Assembly: GCF_030813365.1 (NCBI RefSeq)
Contig: NZ_JAUSUC010000012.1
Span: 1 to 32,000, forward strand
Origin: Oikeobacillus pervagus
GTDB lineage: Bacteria; Bacillota; Bacilli; Bacillales; DSM-23947
Direction: 5' to 3'
DNA length: 32,000 bases
The notes beneath the pieces were generated by a model that searched no databases, was not told the DNA's origin, and saw only the letters and a program-made list of their open reading frames with translations. Below are positions 1 through 8,184 of this stretch, in pieces (the first letter of the stretch is position 1; each line of letters starts with the position of its first letter). A program made the position numbers and the translations under genes.

Positions 1-62
1 AAAACATTAATTCAAAGTCAACTCGAACAGTGGATCGATGGCCTTCCTAGTTATATCAAGGC

Positions 63-1523
63 TTATTTGCCGATATCACTCTGCGAAAGTTGAGTAATAT
101 ATTTTAATGCGGTTTGTAATTGTAAATCATTTTCTTCCTTTTTCACTGTTTCGATGATTTTAAGCTCAATTCTCTCCGCCGTTTTCGAATCAATTTCACC
201 CGTAACCTTTAATTTATTTTGTATTTGAAAGGCTTTAACTGCTTTCACTGTTTGATCGCTAAAATATCCATCTGTTCTCCCAGGTCCATATCCTAATCCC
301 TTCAACATTTCCTGAGCATTTTTCACTTGATCATTATTCATTTCCTTTTTTAATGGTTGATCGATTTGTAATGGATGAGCATAAAAATAATTTGGTTGTT
401 TCACTTTAATGGTCGGTTTAATCCCCTTATGATGAATCCAATTGCCGTCAGGAGTTAACCACTTATAAGTCGTTAATTTAATATTACTTCCATCTCCCAA
501 TGGAATCGATTGTTGAACCGTACCCTTTCCGAATGTTTTCTGCCCAATTAGTGTATGGTGACCGGCTTCTTTTAAAGCACCAGCTAAGATTTCTGAAGCA
601 GATGCACTACCTTCATCTATTAAAACAGTAATAGGATACTCTTTCCCTTTCTTTTTCGTTGAAGAGAATGGAACTTTAGCTCCCGACCGCTCCTCTATTT
701 GTAAATAAGGCTTATTATCAGAAAGCAACTCTCGTAAGATTTCCTCCACACTCGGCAAAAGTCCCCCAGGATTTCCACGAACATCAATGAGTAAACCTTC
801 AATCTTCATTTCTTCTAACTTTCTTAATTCATGTGTAAAATCCTTCCCTGTCTTTTCTGCGAATGAAGTAATTTGTATATACCCTATTTTTTTCTGATCC
901 TCACTTTTTATCTTTGCGTAAACCGTATCGATTGGAATTTTGTCCCGCTTCACTTCTACATTAATCGGCTTTGAAAGTCCTTCCCGCAAAATACTCAGTG
1001 TAACAGTTGTTCCCTTTTTTCCACGTATGAGCTTTGTTGCTTTAAACACATCATATCCCTGTACATTTTTCCCATTAATTTTAATAATTTGGTCATGTGG
1101 TTTTAGTCCTGCTTTTTCCGCAGGGGAATCTTTAAATGGAGATACGATTAATATTTTCCCTTCCTTTTCGGTTATTTCTGCACCAATCCCTTCAAATGAA
1201 GATTCCAATGAATCATTAAAATGGTTTACCGTTTCTGCATCCATATAGACAGAATAAGGATCTTCCAACGCTGTTAACATCCCCTTAATAGCCCCTTCTA
1301 CAAGTTGACCACTTTTAATCTTTTCTACATATTTATCAGAAATTAAATCATAAGCTGTTTGTACCTTATGAAGTTCGTCTGGAAGTTTGTACGACTCCTT
1401 TTGTTGTTCATTAGGGATTACCATTTGCTCTTGTCCATCTAATGTTTTCACTCCAACATACGTTCCGCCCGCACCTGTGAGAAAAGAACAGGCAGCGACT
1501 ACAGCAATCCATCTACGCTTCAT
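63..1523 (-). CDS. Carboxy-terminal processing (S41) serine protease with PDZ domain and C-terminal peptidoglycan-binding repeat (CtpA/CtpB-like)
   Basis: ORF 63..1598 trimmed to ATG 1523 (MKRRWIAVVAACSF anchor), which is preceded by a GGGGAGG SD. S41 motifs DVRGNPGG, GSASASEI and FGKGTVQQ are present. A PDZ-like segment and a C-terminal GYFSDQTVKAVKAFQ PG-binding-like repeat are also present. Confidence 0.9.
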   Translation of the reverse strand: MKRRWIAVVAACSFLTGAGGTYVGVKTLDGQEQMVIPNEQQKESYKLPDELHKVQTAYDLISDKYVEKIKSGQLVEGAIKGMLTALEDPYSVYMDAETVNHFNDSLESSFEGIGAEITEKEGKILIVSPFKDSPAEKAGLKPHDQIIKINGKNVQGYDVFKATKLIRGKKGTTVTLSILREGLSKPINVEVKRDKIPIDTVYAKIKSEDQKKIGYIQITSFAEKTGKDFTHELRKLEEMKIEGLLIDVRGNPGGLLPSVEEILRELLSDNKPYLQIEERSGAKVPFSSTKKKGKEYPITVLIDEGSASASEILAGALKEAGHHTLIGQKTFGKGTVQQSIPLGDGSNIKLTTYKWLTPDGNWIHHKGIKPTIKVKQPNYFYAHPLQIDQPLKKEMNNDQVKNAQEMLKGLGYGPGRTDGYFSDQTVKAVKAFQIQNKLKVTGEIDSKTAERIELKIIETVKKEENDLQLQTALKYITQLSQSDIGK

Positions 1524-1670
1524 TAAGGTTGTCCTCCCCTTGCGTCTATATATGCAAATTCTTATCCTTGTCCAATTTTCACGAATAAAAAAATACAACT
1601 AAAAAACCCAACTCTTTTCATACAACATTTATATGTAAGAAATGAACACGTTATGATGCTTTTTTTATTA

Positions 1671-1772
1671 CAAAAGCGGAGGCGCCTGTTCATCGGCGTA
1701 TGAATTTCGCAGTCTTTGACTGAGATAAAGGAAACACGGCGAGGAACTCCACGAGCCGATGTTGACTCATCG
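1671..1772. repeat. Type-A structured intergenic repeat, copy A1 (about 80% identical to 16707-16810 and 16863-16966)
   Basis: CAAAAGCGGAGGCGCC...CATCGGCG...GACTGAGATAAAGGAAACAC...GCCGATGTTGACTCATCG aligns base by base with the two tandem copies at 16.7-17.0 kb. It has internal inverted pairing (CATCGGC/GCCGATG). Confidence 0.8.
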
Positions 1773-1783
1773 TATTCCTAACC

Positions 1784-1815
1784 AATAAAAAAGAATAGCC
1801 ATCGTCTGACTATCC
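1784..1815 (-). terminator. Rho-independent terminator of the thioredoxin-like gene
   Basis: Minus strand reads GGATAGTCA-GACGA-TGGCTATTC followed by TTTTTTATT. The stem is 9 bp with two G-U pairs. Confidence 0.6.
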
Positions 1816-1828
1816 TCATATATCCATA

Positions 1829-2416
1829 TTATTCCATTTCACTCACTGCATTCTCCATCAGTTCTTCATCCATCGGTCCTACAATTTTTTGATAGATCGT
1901 TCCATCTGTTTGGATCATATAGGTAGTTGGAATCGTAAACGCTTGGTAACCTGGGCCAATTTCACCTTCTTCATCCAGAGGAATGGGGAAGGTCAGGCCA
2001 TATTCCTTTACAAAGTCTCGAATCTTTTCAATCCCTTTATCATTTTTAGTTAAATTAACCGCTAATATTTCTACATTTTGGTCTTGCGCCTGTGACTCAT
2101 AATAATTCTGCATATGTGGCATTTCTGCTTTACAAGGAGGACACCAGCTTGCCCAGAAATTTAAGATTACTTTTTTCCCGCGGTAATCTTTTAAAGATAC
2201 CGACTTTCCATCTAGTGTATTTAATTGGAAGTTTGGGGCTACACTCCCCACTTCTAGGCTATTTTCCATTAATTTATCTCGATCCTCCATTATTTCAACA
2301 GTTGGATTTTCCTCTTTTTCCTTTGCAAACTTTTCCTTAGAATTATTCACGATATTCACAACCACGATCCCTAAGAGGAACAATATTAAAATCAAGCCAA
2401 AAATCTTTTTACTCAC
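1829..2416 (-). CDS. Membrane-anchored thiol-disulfide oxidoreductase, TlpA/ResA-like thioredoxin fold
   Basis: 195 aa with an N-terminal TM segment and the active site WASWCPPCKAEMP. GTG start preceded by an AAGGGAGGG SD. The start overlaps the upstream gene stop (GTGA). Confidence 0.88.
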   Translation of the reverse strand: MSKKIFGLILILFLLGIVVVNIVNNSKEKFAKEKEENPTVEIMEDRDKLMENSLEVGSVAPNFQLNTLDGKSVSLKDYRGKKVILNFWASWCPPCKAEMPHMQNYYESQAQDQNVEILAVNLTKNDKGIEKIRDFVKEYGLTFPIPLDEEGEIGPGYQAFTIPTTYMIQTDGTIYQKIVGPMDEELMENAVSEME

Positions 2417-3018
2417 CCGTTTCCCTCCCTTTTATATACGAAAATGATGATAACCAAGAAGACGACATATGTTAGAGCAGTGATTGAAGTTAATGTCCCC
2501 TTCATAGAAAAAATAAGGAATTGAAAGAAGATTAATAACACAATGAACTGTGTGAGCAATCTTCCCTCACGTAGCTTTTTCCAAGAGAGTAAAATAAATA
2601 CGCTATTGATTGCAGTCTGGATAATAGCTACTACAGTAAAATCTTGATTTAGTATGGAGGAAAACCCTTCATATAAATAGATTATAAGCCCACATGTGAA
2701 GATGAGATAAAGGCGATCTTCTTCCCACTTTCCTTTCATACACAAATAAATGATCACAACTATAATCGCGAGCCAATATCCTTTCATTCCTCCATTAAAA
2801 TATAAAATGGATAGTGGATAGGCGATCACATTTTTAAAATCAAATAAAATCACACTAAATTTCCAAGTGATAAGAAACAAAAATACAGCGTTTGCATAAA
2901 GGTCCTGGAAAGAGGAGTCCCGAGCAATAAACTTTAATAGGAGCCCAATGATTAAGAAAGTGACTAATAAGGCAATCCATGAACCTGGAATGGTTAAAGA
3001 GCCAAAATTGTACCACAT
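2413..3018 (-). CDS. Polytopic integral membrane protein of unknown function, translationally coupled to the thioredoxin-like gene
   Basis: 201 aa, about 6 hydrophobic spans, AAAGGA SD before ATG 3018, and a 4-nt overlap with the downstream gene. No family recognised with confidence. Confidence 0.7.
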   Translation of the reverse strand: MWYNFGSLTIPGSWIALLVTFLIIGLLLKFIARDSSFQDLYANAVFLFLITWKFSVILFDFKNVIAYPLSILYFNGGMKGYWLAIIVVIIYLCMKGKWEEDRLYLIFTCGLIIYLYEGFSSILNQDFTVVAIIQTAINSVFILLSWKKLREGRLLTQFIVLLIFFQFLIFSMKGTLTSITALTYVVFLVIIIFVYKREGNG

Positions 3019-3205
3019 ATATATTTCCTTTTGCGAATTTTACTCAAGGGGAAATCTCCCTTCTCATTAAAGGTAACATGAACCACCTTTATTGAGTATA
3101 GTCAAAATGATGAACATTTTTCTCCTGTTTTCATACCTATTTGGGTATATCATAACGAAATATTGTTTTAGAAGTCAACCTTTTAACCCCTTATTTAACC
3201 CTAGA

Positions 3206-3243
3206 AAAAAATAAAAAATGGGATATCCAATTATGATATCCCA
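3206..3243 (-). terminator. Rho-independent terminator downstream of the YjcZ-like genes
   Basis: Perfect 9-bp stem TGGGATATC / GATATCCCA with a 7-nt loop. On the minus strand it is followed by TTTTTTATTTTTTT. Confidence 0.8.
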
Positions 3244-3263
3244 TTTTCATCATCATTTTATAC

Positions 3264-3410
3264 TTAGCAATAAGCTGCTCCAACAATGATAAGAAGGATG
3301 AATAATACGACGATTAAAACAAAGCCACCACCGTAACCACATCCGTAACCGCCTCCATAACCTGCACCGCCGACATAGTTATTTTGACCACAACACCAAC
3401 CAAATCCCAT
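3264..3410 (-). CDS. YjcZ-family tiny sporulation membrane protein (48 aa)
   Basis: Hand translation gives [57 protein letters not shown] lies 7 nt upstream. The Gly/Tyr-rich head plus [18 protein letters not shown] tail is the signature of the tiny-TM Bacillus family. Too short for the ORF track. Confidence 0.8.
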   Translation of the reverse strand: MGFGWCCGQNNYVGGAGYGGGYGCGYGGGFVLIVVLFILLIIVGAAYC

Positions 3411-3441
3411 AATATTAGCCTCCTTTTAATTTAAAATTGGA

Positions 3442-3540
3442 TTAGTATCCTCCACCTACATAAGCTGCACCGACAATGATTAATAGAATGAACAGGACAA
3501 CGATCAACGCGAAACCTGCTCCATAATTTGATCCACTCAT
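3442..3540 (-). CDS. YjcZ-family tiny sporulation membrane protein (32 aa), tandem paralog
   Basis: Hand translation gives [32 protein letters not shown], with a GGAGGTG SD upstream. It shares the identical core [16 protein letters not shown] with the neighbouring gene. Confidence 0.8.
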   Translation of the reverse strand: MSGSNYGAGFALIVVLFILLIIVGAAYVGGGY

Positions 3541-3724
3541 GAACAACACCTCCAATTTTGTCTACATTAGTACTGTATTCAGGAGGAAAAAAGATGGTAA
3601 GGGCAAATGACTATATTTTTTTAATTAAAAGTCGGGGAACAAACAGTCGTAAGTCTCTCCAAATAGTATTGAACATCCTTATTAAAAAAAATCTTTTCTC
3701 AAGACAGGTAGTGGAATTATTTAC

Positions 3725-3762
3725 AAAAAAAAAAAAAAAGACAACCCACGTAGAGATTGTCT
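3725..3762 (-). terminator. Terminator of the M23 peptidase gene with a 15-nt T tract
   Basis: AGACAA/TTGTCT stem. On the minus strand it is followed by T15, which is A15 at 3725-3739 on the plus strand. Confidence 0.6.
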
Positions 3763-3780
3763 CTTTAACATAATAAAAAA

Positions 3781-5040
3781 TTAAAAGTTTATATATTTAG
3801 TAGGGTTAACCGCATTGGATTTTGCCATATTCCAAGGACCTTCGTGGATTTCAAAATGTAAATGTTGTCCATAAGATTGTCCCGTATTCCCCATATATCC
3901 GATGACTTGGCCTTTTGAAACATGTCCTCCTTGAACAACACGTTGTGACATATGTGCATACACAGTTGTAAATACTTTTCCATTGATGGAATGAGAAATG
4001 AAAATAGCGTTACCATATGATGAAGAGTAATATGAACGAATCACAACACCATCTGCAGCTGCTACAATCGGAACACTTACACCATTCGCAATATCGATTC
4101 CTTTATGATCTCCTAAGTCACGAGCTCCAAAGCCTGATGATACTCTTCCTGCTGCTGGACGAGTAAATGTACCAGAAGAAACGGCAGGTACATCATGGCT
4201 GAATTGACTTGGAGTAGACGGACGACTTGAAGAACCAGGTGCAGTATAGGAAGGTTTAGCTTGGTTTTTCTCAGCTTGGATGGCTTGTTTAATCGCCATT
4301 TCTTGGGATTTCAATAGATTTTCTTCTTCTTCAAGGCTAAGCTTATCCTTTTCAATTGATTTTTCTTCTTTTTCAAGTTTCTTCATGATCGCATCTTTTT
4401 CAGCCTTTTTCTTATGTAAATCAGCTTTTAACATTTCAAGCTCTTGTAACATTTTTTCTAAATTATGAAGTTCGTTTTCTACCTTTTCTTGATTTTCTTC
4501 TAATTTTTCCTGATCCCGTTTCTGCTCTTCCATAATTGTTTTATCCGCATTGACTAAAGTTGTAACTGCGGTAGCACGTCCAATAAAGTCACTAAAGCTA
4601 TCCGCTCCTAATACCACATCAAGATAACTTGCAGATCCACCATTTTTTTGAATGGAACGAGCACGATCCCTTAATACTTCTTTTCTTTCCGCAATGCGTT
4701 TCTTTAATTGTTCAATTTCGCCCTTTAATTTTTCAATTTCCACTTTTGTTTCAGAGATTTGTTGTTCTTTTTCCCGTATGTTTGATTCAGCATCACTTAC
4801 TGCTGAATCAATTTTTTCCATTTCAGCCGTAATTTGATCTTGTTCTTTTTGAATTTGATTTATTTTATTATTTTTTTCTTTAATATCGTTATGAATATTG
4901 GAACGTTTATTTTCGATTTGTGATTGTTGATTCTCTAAATCTGATAGTTTGGAAGCGAAAGCCTCGCTTGGAAGTCCCAACGTTCCCCCAAACCCAAGTG
5001 AAGCAGCTAACGCAACCGATAGCATAACCTTTCTTTTCAA
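3781..5040 (-). CDS. Secreted coiled-coil M23 (LytM-type) peptidoglycan metalloendopeptidase, EnvC/PcsB-like partner of FtsEX
   Basis: Signal peptide KRKVMLSVALAASLGFGG..AFA, then about 230 aa of heptad-rich coiled coil. The C-terminal LytM domain has intact HKGIDIA (HxxxD) and HLHFEIH (HxH). I prefer TTG 5040, which has a GAAGGAG SD 8 nt upstream, over ATG 5058, which has no SD. Confidence 0.88.
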   Translation of the reverse strand: MKRKVMLSVALAASLGFGGTLGLPSEAFASKLSDLENQQSQIENKRSNIHNDIKEKNNKINQIQKEQDQITAEMEKIDSAVSDAESNIREKEQQISETKVEIEKLKGEIEQLKKRIAERKEVLRDRARSIQKNGGSASYLDVVLGADSFSDFIGRATAVTTLVNADKTIMEEQKRDQEKLEENQEKVENELHNLEKMLQELEMLKADLHKKKAEKDAIMKKLEKEEKSIEKDKLSLEEEENLLKSQEMAIKQAIQAEKNQAKPSYTAPGSSSRPSTPSQFSHDVPAVSSGTFTRPAAGRVSSGFGARDLGDHKGIDIANGVSVPIVAAADGVVIRSYYSSSYGNAIFISHSINGKVFTTVYAHMSQRVVQGGHVSKGQVIGYMGNTGQSYGQHLHFEIHEGPWNMAKSNAVNPTKYINF

Positions 5041-5082
5041 CGGTAAAACTCCTTCCATTAAAACTACTTACAGCAAAAGTAT

Positions 5083-5967
5083 TTATATTTTCAAGAATTT
5101 ACGTACAGAAATAAAACTACCCCACATCCCAATAAAAGCACCGATCAATAATAAAATCGAGCTAACTTGAAGAACAAATGGGAAATAATCAAGCATTTGA
5201 ACAAAATGACCTTGTAAACGAGTGGCCATTGCATTGGAAATAAAATTATAACCGACTGTAACCACAATAATTGGGATAATAGAACCTAATAATCCTAACC
5301 AAAGTCCTTCAAGGATAAATGGCCAACGAATAAACCAGTTTGTTGCACCTACTAATCTCATAATTTCAATTTCTGTTCGTCTAGCAAAAATCGTGATTTT
5401 AATCGTATTAGAAATTAAAAACATCGCAGTAAACAGTAATCCAATAATTAGAACCAATCCGACATTTCGGCTTGTTTCTAGAAAACGAAACAGTTTATCA
5501 ACCTTTTTCTCACCATAGATTACTTTTTCCGTATAATTAAACTTCTCTATTTTTTTAGCCACTTTTGGTGTATCTTGGGGGTTTTTTACCTTAACGATAA
5601 AAACATCATATAAAGGATTGTCTTGTTTAAATAACTCGAAATCCTCCCCCATATCTTTGATTAATTTTTGAAGTTCCTCTTTCTTGGATGAGTATTTGAT
5701 GGATTCTACTTGAGGAAGATTCTTTATTTGTTTTTTCAAAATATCTTTCGCTTCATCTGTAGCTGACAGTTGAATATGAACACGGATTTCAACATCTTGT
5801 TCAATATCATTGGCCACTTTGTTCATATTAAATAAAATGACCAGAAACACACCGACTAATAATAATGTGACAGTGACCGCCGAAACAGATGCAAAGGTCA
5901 TCCATCCATTACGACGGATGCTTTTAAAGCTTTCCCGGAAATGACGCTGGATCGTATTAGCTTTCAT
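5083..5967 (-). CDS. ftsX: Cell-division ABC transporter permease-like protein FtsX
   Basis: MKANTIQRHFRESFKSIRRNGWMT N-terminus, four TM segments, a large extracellular loop and the FtsX C-terminal domain. ATG 5967 has a GAGGTGA SD and overlaps the ftsE stop. Confidence 0.92.
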   Translation of the reverse strand: MKANTIQRHFRESFKSIRRNGWMTFASVSAVTVTLLLVGVFLVILFNMNKVANDIEQDVEIRVHIQLSATDEAKDILKKQIKNLPQVESIKYSSKKEELQKLIKDMGEDFELFKQDNPLYDVFIVKVKNPQDTPKVAKKIEKFNYTEKVIYGEKKVDKLFRFLETSRNVGLVLIIGLLFTAMFLISNTIKITIFARRTEIEIMRLVGATNWFIRWPFILEGLWLGLLGSIIPIIVVTVGYNFISNAMATRLQGHFVQMLDYFPFVLQVSSILLLIGAFIGMWGSFISVRKFLKI

Positions 5968-6643
5968 ATCCGTAATCACCTCGCTGTTCATCACGTACAA
6001 TCTGTCCATTTTCGATGGCAATCACACGATGTCGAATCGTATTAACGATGTCTTTATTATGAGTAGCCATCACAACGGTTGTCCCTCTTGAATTGATTTC
6101 TTCAAAAATATTCATAATATCCCAAGATGTCTCTGGATCTAAGTTACCTGTTGGCTCATCCGCAATCACCACTTTAGGGGTATTGACGATCGATCGTGCA
6201 ATCGACACACGTTGTTGCTCACCACCAGATAATTCGTCAGGAAACATTCTCGCTTTCGGTTTTAATCCAACTAGCTCAAGAACTTCCATTACTCGGCTTT
6301 TAATATTTTCTGGCGTTTCTTCTATTACTTCCAACGCAAAAGCCACATTTTCATAGACAGTTAGTTTTGGCAAAAGTTTGAAGTCTTGAAAAATGACTCC
6401 AATATGCCTTCTTAAAAAGGGGACCTTGTGATCCTTCAAAGTCGATATATTCATTCCGTTAATTAAAATCGTCCCTTTTGTTGGCTTTTCTTCACGATAC
6501 ATCATTTTTATAAAGGTAGATTTCCCTGCACCACTAGGACCTACCACATAAACGAACTCACCTTTATTAATCCGTACATTAAATCCATTAACGGCCATAA
6601 CTCCATTTGGATACATTTTTTGGACATCCTTCATTTCAATCAT
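5957..6643 (-). CDS. ftsE: Cell-division ABC transporter ATP-binding protein FtsE
   Basis: 228 aa with Walker A GPSGAGKST, signature LSGGEQQRV and Walker B VVIADEPTGNLD. AGGTGG SD upstream. Lies immediately upstream of ftsX. Confidence 0.95.
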   Translation of the reverse strand: MIEMKDVQKMYPNGVMAVNGFNVRINKGEFVYVVGPSGAGKSTFIKMMYREEKPTKGTILINGMNISTLKDHKVPFLRRHIGVIFQDFKLLPKLTVYENVAFALEVIEETPENIKSRVMEVLELVGLKPKARMFPDELSGGEQQRVSIARSIVNTPKVVIADEPTGNLDPETSWDIMNIFEEINSRGTTVVMATHNKDIVNTIRHRVIAIENGQIVRDEQRGDYGYES

Positions 6644-6901
6644 TTGTAACCACCTAATCTATAAAACTTCTTTTTTTGTCAATAGGAGAAAAAATGTGGG
6701 TCGTAATTTGTAGAAAAAATAGGTTTTTTATCGATTCAGAACCCAAGACACATTATAACATTGAATAGGTCAATATTAATGGAAAAGTATATTACAATTT
6801 CATTTCAACGTTGTAATAATATTTCAAAGGTTAAAAGCTTGTCGAATGGAGCCGAATCTAAACGTGGGCAACATTGAAAATTTTGTCGTTTCTTGACAAT
6901 G

Positions 6902-6929
6902 AAAAAAGACTGACTTTTTAAAGTCAGCC
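6902..6929 (-). terminator. Terminator of cccB
   Basis: Minus strand reads GGCTGACTT-TAAA-AAGTCAGTC followed by TTTTTT. Confidence 0.75.
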
Positions 6930-6961
6930 CCGTGATTTTTTACCTATTTTTTATTTCTATT

Positions 6962-7321
6962 TTATTTTTTATTTGCTAACCATTCTGCGATTTGATCAGC
7001 TTCATCGCCTTCTACTACGTTCGCTGGCATAGCGCCCTTACCATTTTCTAAAACATTTAAAATTTCATCTTTACTCAATGTAGATCCAATTTTATCTAAT
7101 GCTGGCCCAACTTGACCTTTTAGGTTTTCCCCATGGCAGCTTAGGCATTTGTTATCATAAATCTTTTGTGCATCTCCAGCATCAGCTGTTTCAGTTGTGT
7201 TTGTTTCATTATTATTTGCAGGTTCTTTCTTAGTATCATCTGTCGCATCTTCTCCGCCCCCACAGGCTCCAAGCGCTAGGGATGATCCTAGTAGTAATGC
7301 AAGTAACTTTTTCTTCATCAT
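6962..7321 (-). CDS. cccB: Cytochrome c-551 lipoprotein
   Basis: 119 aa with lipobox LALGAC, a low-complexity linker, heme-c site CLSCH and a distal Met region. Its position after yvjA and before ftsE matches B. subtilis. Confidence 0.88.
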   Translation of the reverse strand: MMKKKLLALLLGSSLALGACGGGEDATDDTKKEPANNNETNTTETADAGDAQKIYDNKCLSCHGENLKGQVGPALDKIGSTLSKDEILNVLENGKGAMPANVVEGDEADQIAEWLANKK

Positions 7322-7614
7322 ACATCCTCCTCAGAAAATAGTTCATACACGAGTAAATTATACCAGTTTTGTGCTTTTTTGAAACCCTCTTCAAGCACCT
7401 TTGATTTGTCCATTTTGACAACAAATGCCGGTGGATCAATCATTTTCACTAGTTGTTTCAATTTTGTGAACTCAGTTTGATCAACGACATACGTCATAAT
7501 AGGACTCCCATCATCAGTATAATCTCCGTATGCTGATAGTTTTGTCACATCATGGTCAATTTTATACAAAATTATATAGCGAACTTTTTCATAATAATTG
7601 GCAATGATCCTCAC
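7318..7614 (-). CDS. DUF2179-only fragment of a YitT/YvjA-family membrane protein (probable 5'-truncated remnant)
   Basis: The 98-aa ORF matches only the soluble C-terminal domain (..YTDDGSPIMTYVVDQTEFTKLKQLVKMIDPPAFVVKMDKSKVLEEGF). It has a GTG start with a weak SD and an in-frame TAA three codons upstream. The about 410 nt upstream is AT-rich and stop-filled with no TM-coding frame. Confidence 0.6.
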   Translation of the reverse strand: MRIIANYYEKVRYIILYKIDHDVTKLSAYGDYTDDGSPIMTYVVDQTEFTKLKQLVKMIDPPAFVVKMDKSKVLEEGFKKAQNWYNLLVYELFSEEDV

Positions 7615-8027
7615 CTTTTTGACTTACTTCCACTCAAATAAGGTCCATCTAATCCCATAAAGACTGTTAAGATCATATAGATGATTCTTCATATCCAAGA
7701 CAAAAGTTTGACATCCCCCTCACCCTATTAATTAATACCATAGATTTTCTTAGTGAAATATTTGTAAACTTATGGACACATTCGAATCTGAAACCACACC
7801 AATTTACCGAATAAAAAAACTAATAACGAGAAATTTCTCGTAAAACAACCCGATATATGAAAAAGAAATATCCCTATACAATCATTAGCAAAAAATTCGC
7901 ACCCATTGATAGAAGACAAACTTCCATCCTAAAGCTCCTTGTATGTAAAATAAAAGCCATATGATTAACAAATTATAAAAAATGGATTCTATATAAGTGT
8001 ATCAACCCTCACAAAAATTATGTAAAG

Positions 8028-8143
8028 AAAAGCGAAGGCAACTTTATAGCGGTGACAAGCAAATGAGCGACCTTGGCGTGGCGCTTTTTGCCACAGAAAG
8101 GGCGATCATTTGACCTCGAACCGCTAGGAGCCGTAGCTAGACC
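8028..8143. repeat. Type-B structured intergenic repeat, copy B1 (related to 13478-13575)
   Basis: AAAAGCGAAGGCAAC...AGCGGTGACAAGCAAATGAGCGACCTTGGCGTGGC-GCTTTTT-GCCACAGAAAGGGCGATCATTTGACCTCGAACCGCT...GGAGCCGTAGCTAGACC. It forms a long imperfect hairpin (GTGGC/GCCAC, CAAATGAGCG/GCGATCATTTG, AGCGG/CCGCT). Confidence 0.75.
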
Positions 8144-8173
8144 AAAAAGAGCCTTCCATCTTGGAAAGCTCTT
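8144..8173 (-). terminator. Terminator of prfB
   Basis: AAGAGCCTTCC-ATCTT-GGAAAGCTCTT hairpin flanked by A5/T6 runs, 12 nt after the prfB stop. Confidence 0.8.
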
Positions 8174-8184
8174 TTTTCACATGA

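Noticed and set aside
1-93. Possible 3' end of a plus-strand gene (...KTLIQSQLEQWIDGLPSYIKAYLPISLCES*)
   Set aside because: Only 30 codons are visible, and it would overlap the convergent protease gene by 31 nt. It cannot be supported without upstream sequence, so it is left unannotated.
3725-3739. A15 homopolymer as a phase-variation tract
   Set aside because: It is intergenic and is simply the U-tract of the M23 peptidase terminator on the minus strand.
3558-3773. 71-aa plus-strand ORF between the YjcZ-like genes and the M23 peptidase
   Set aside because: It runs through the A15 terminator tract and the promoter region of minus-strand genes. It has no SD and an implausible Lys/Asn-rich sequence.
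7197-7439. Track ORFs 7197-7382 (+) and 7236-7439 (-)
   Set aside because: They overlap cccB and the DUF2179 fragment in alternative frames. The cccB and DUF2179 frames carry recognisable motifs and these do not.
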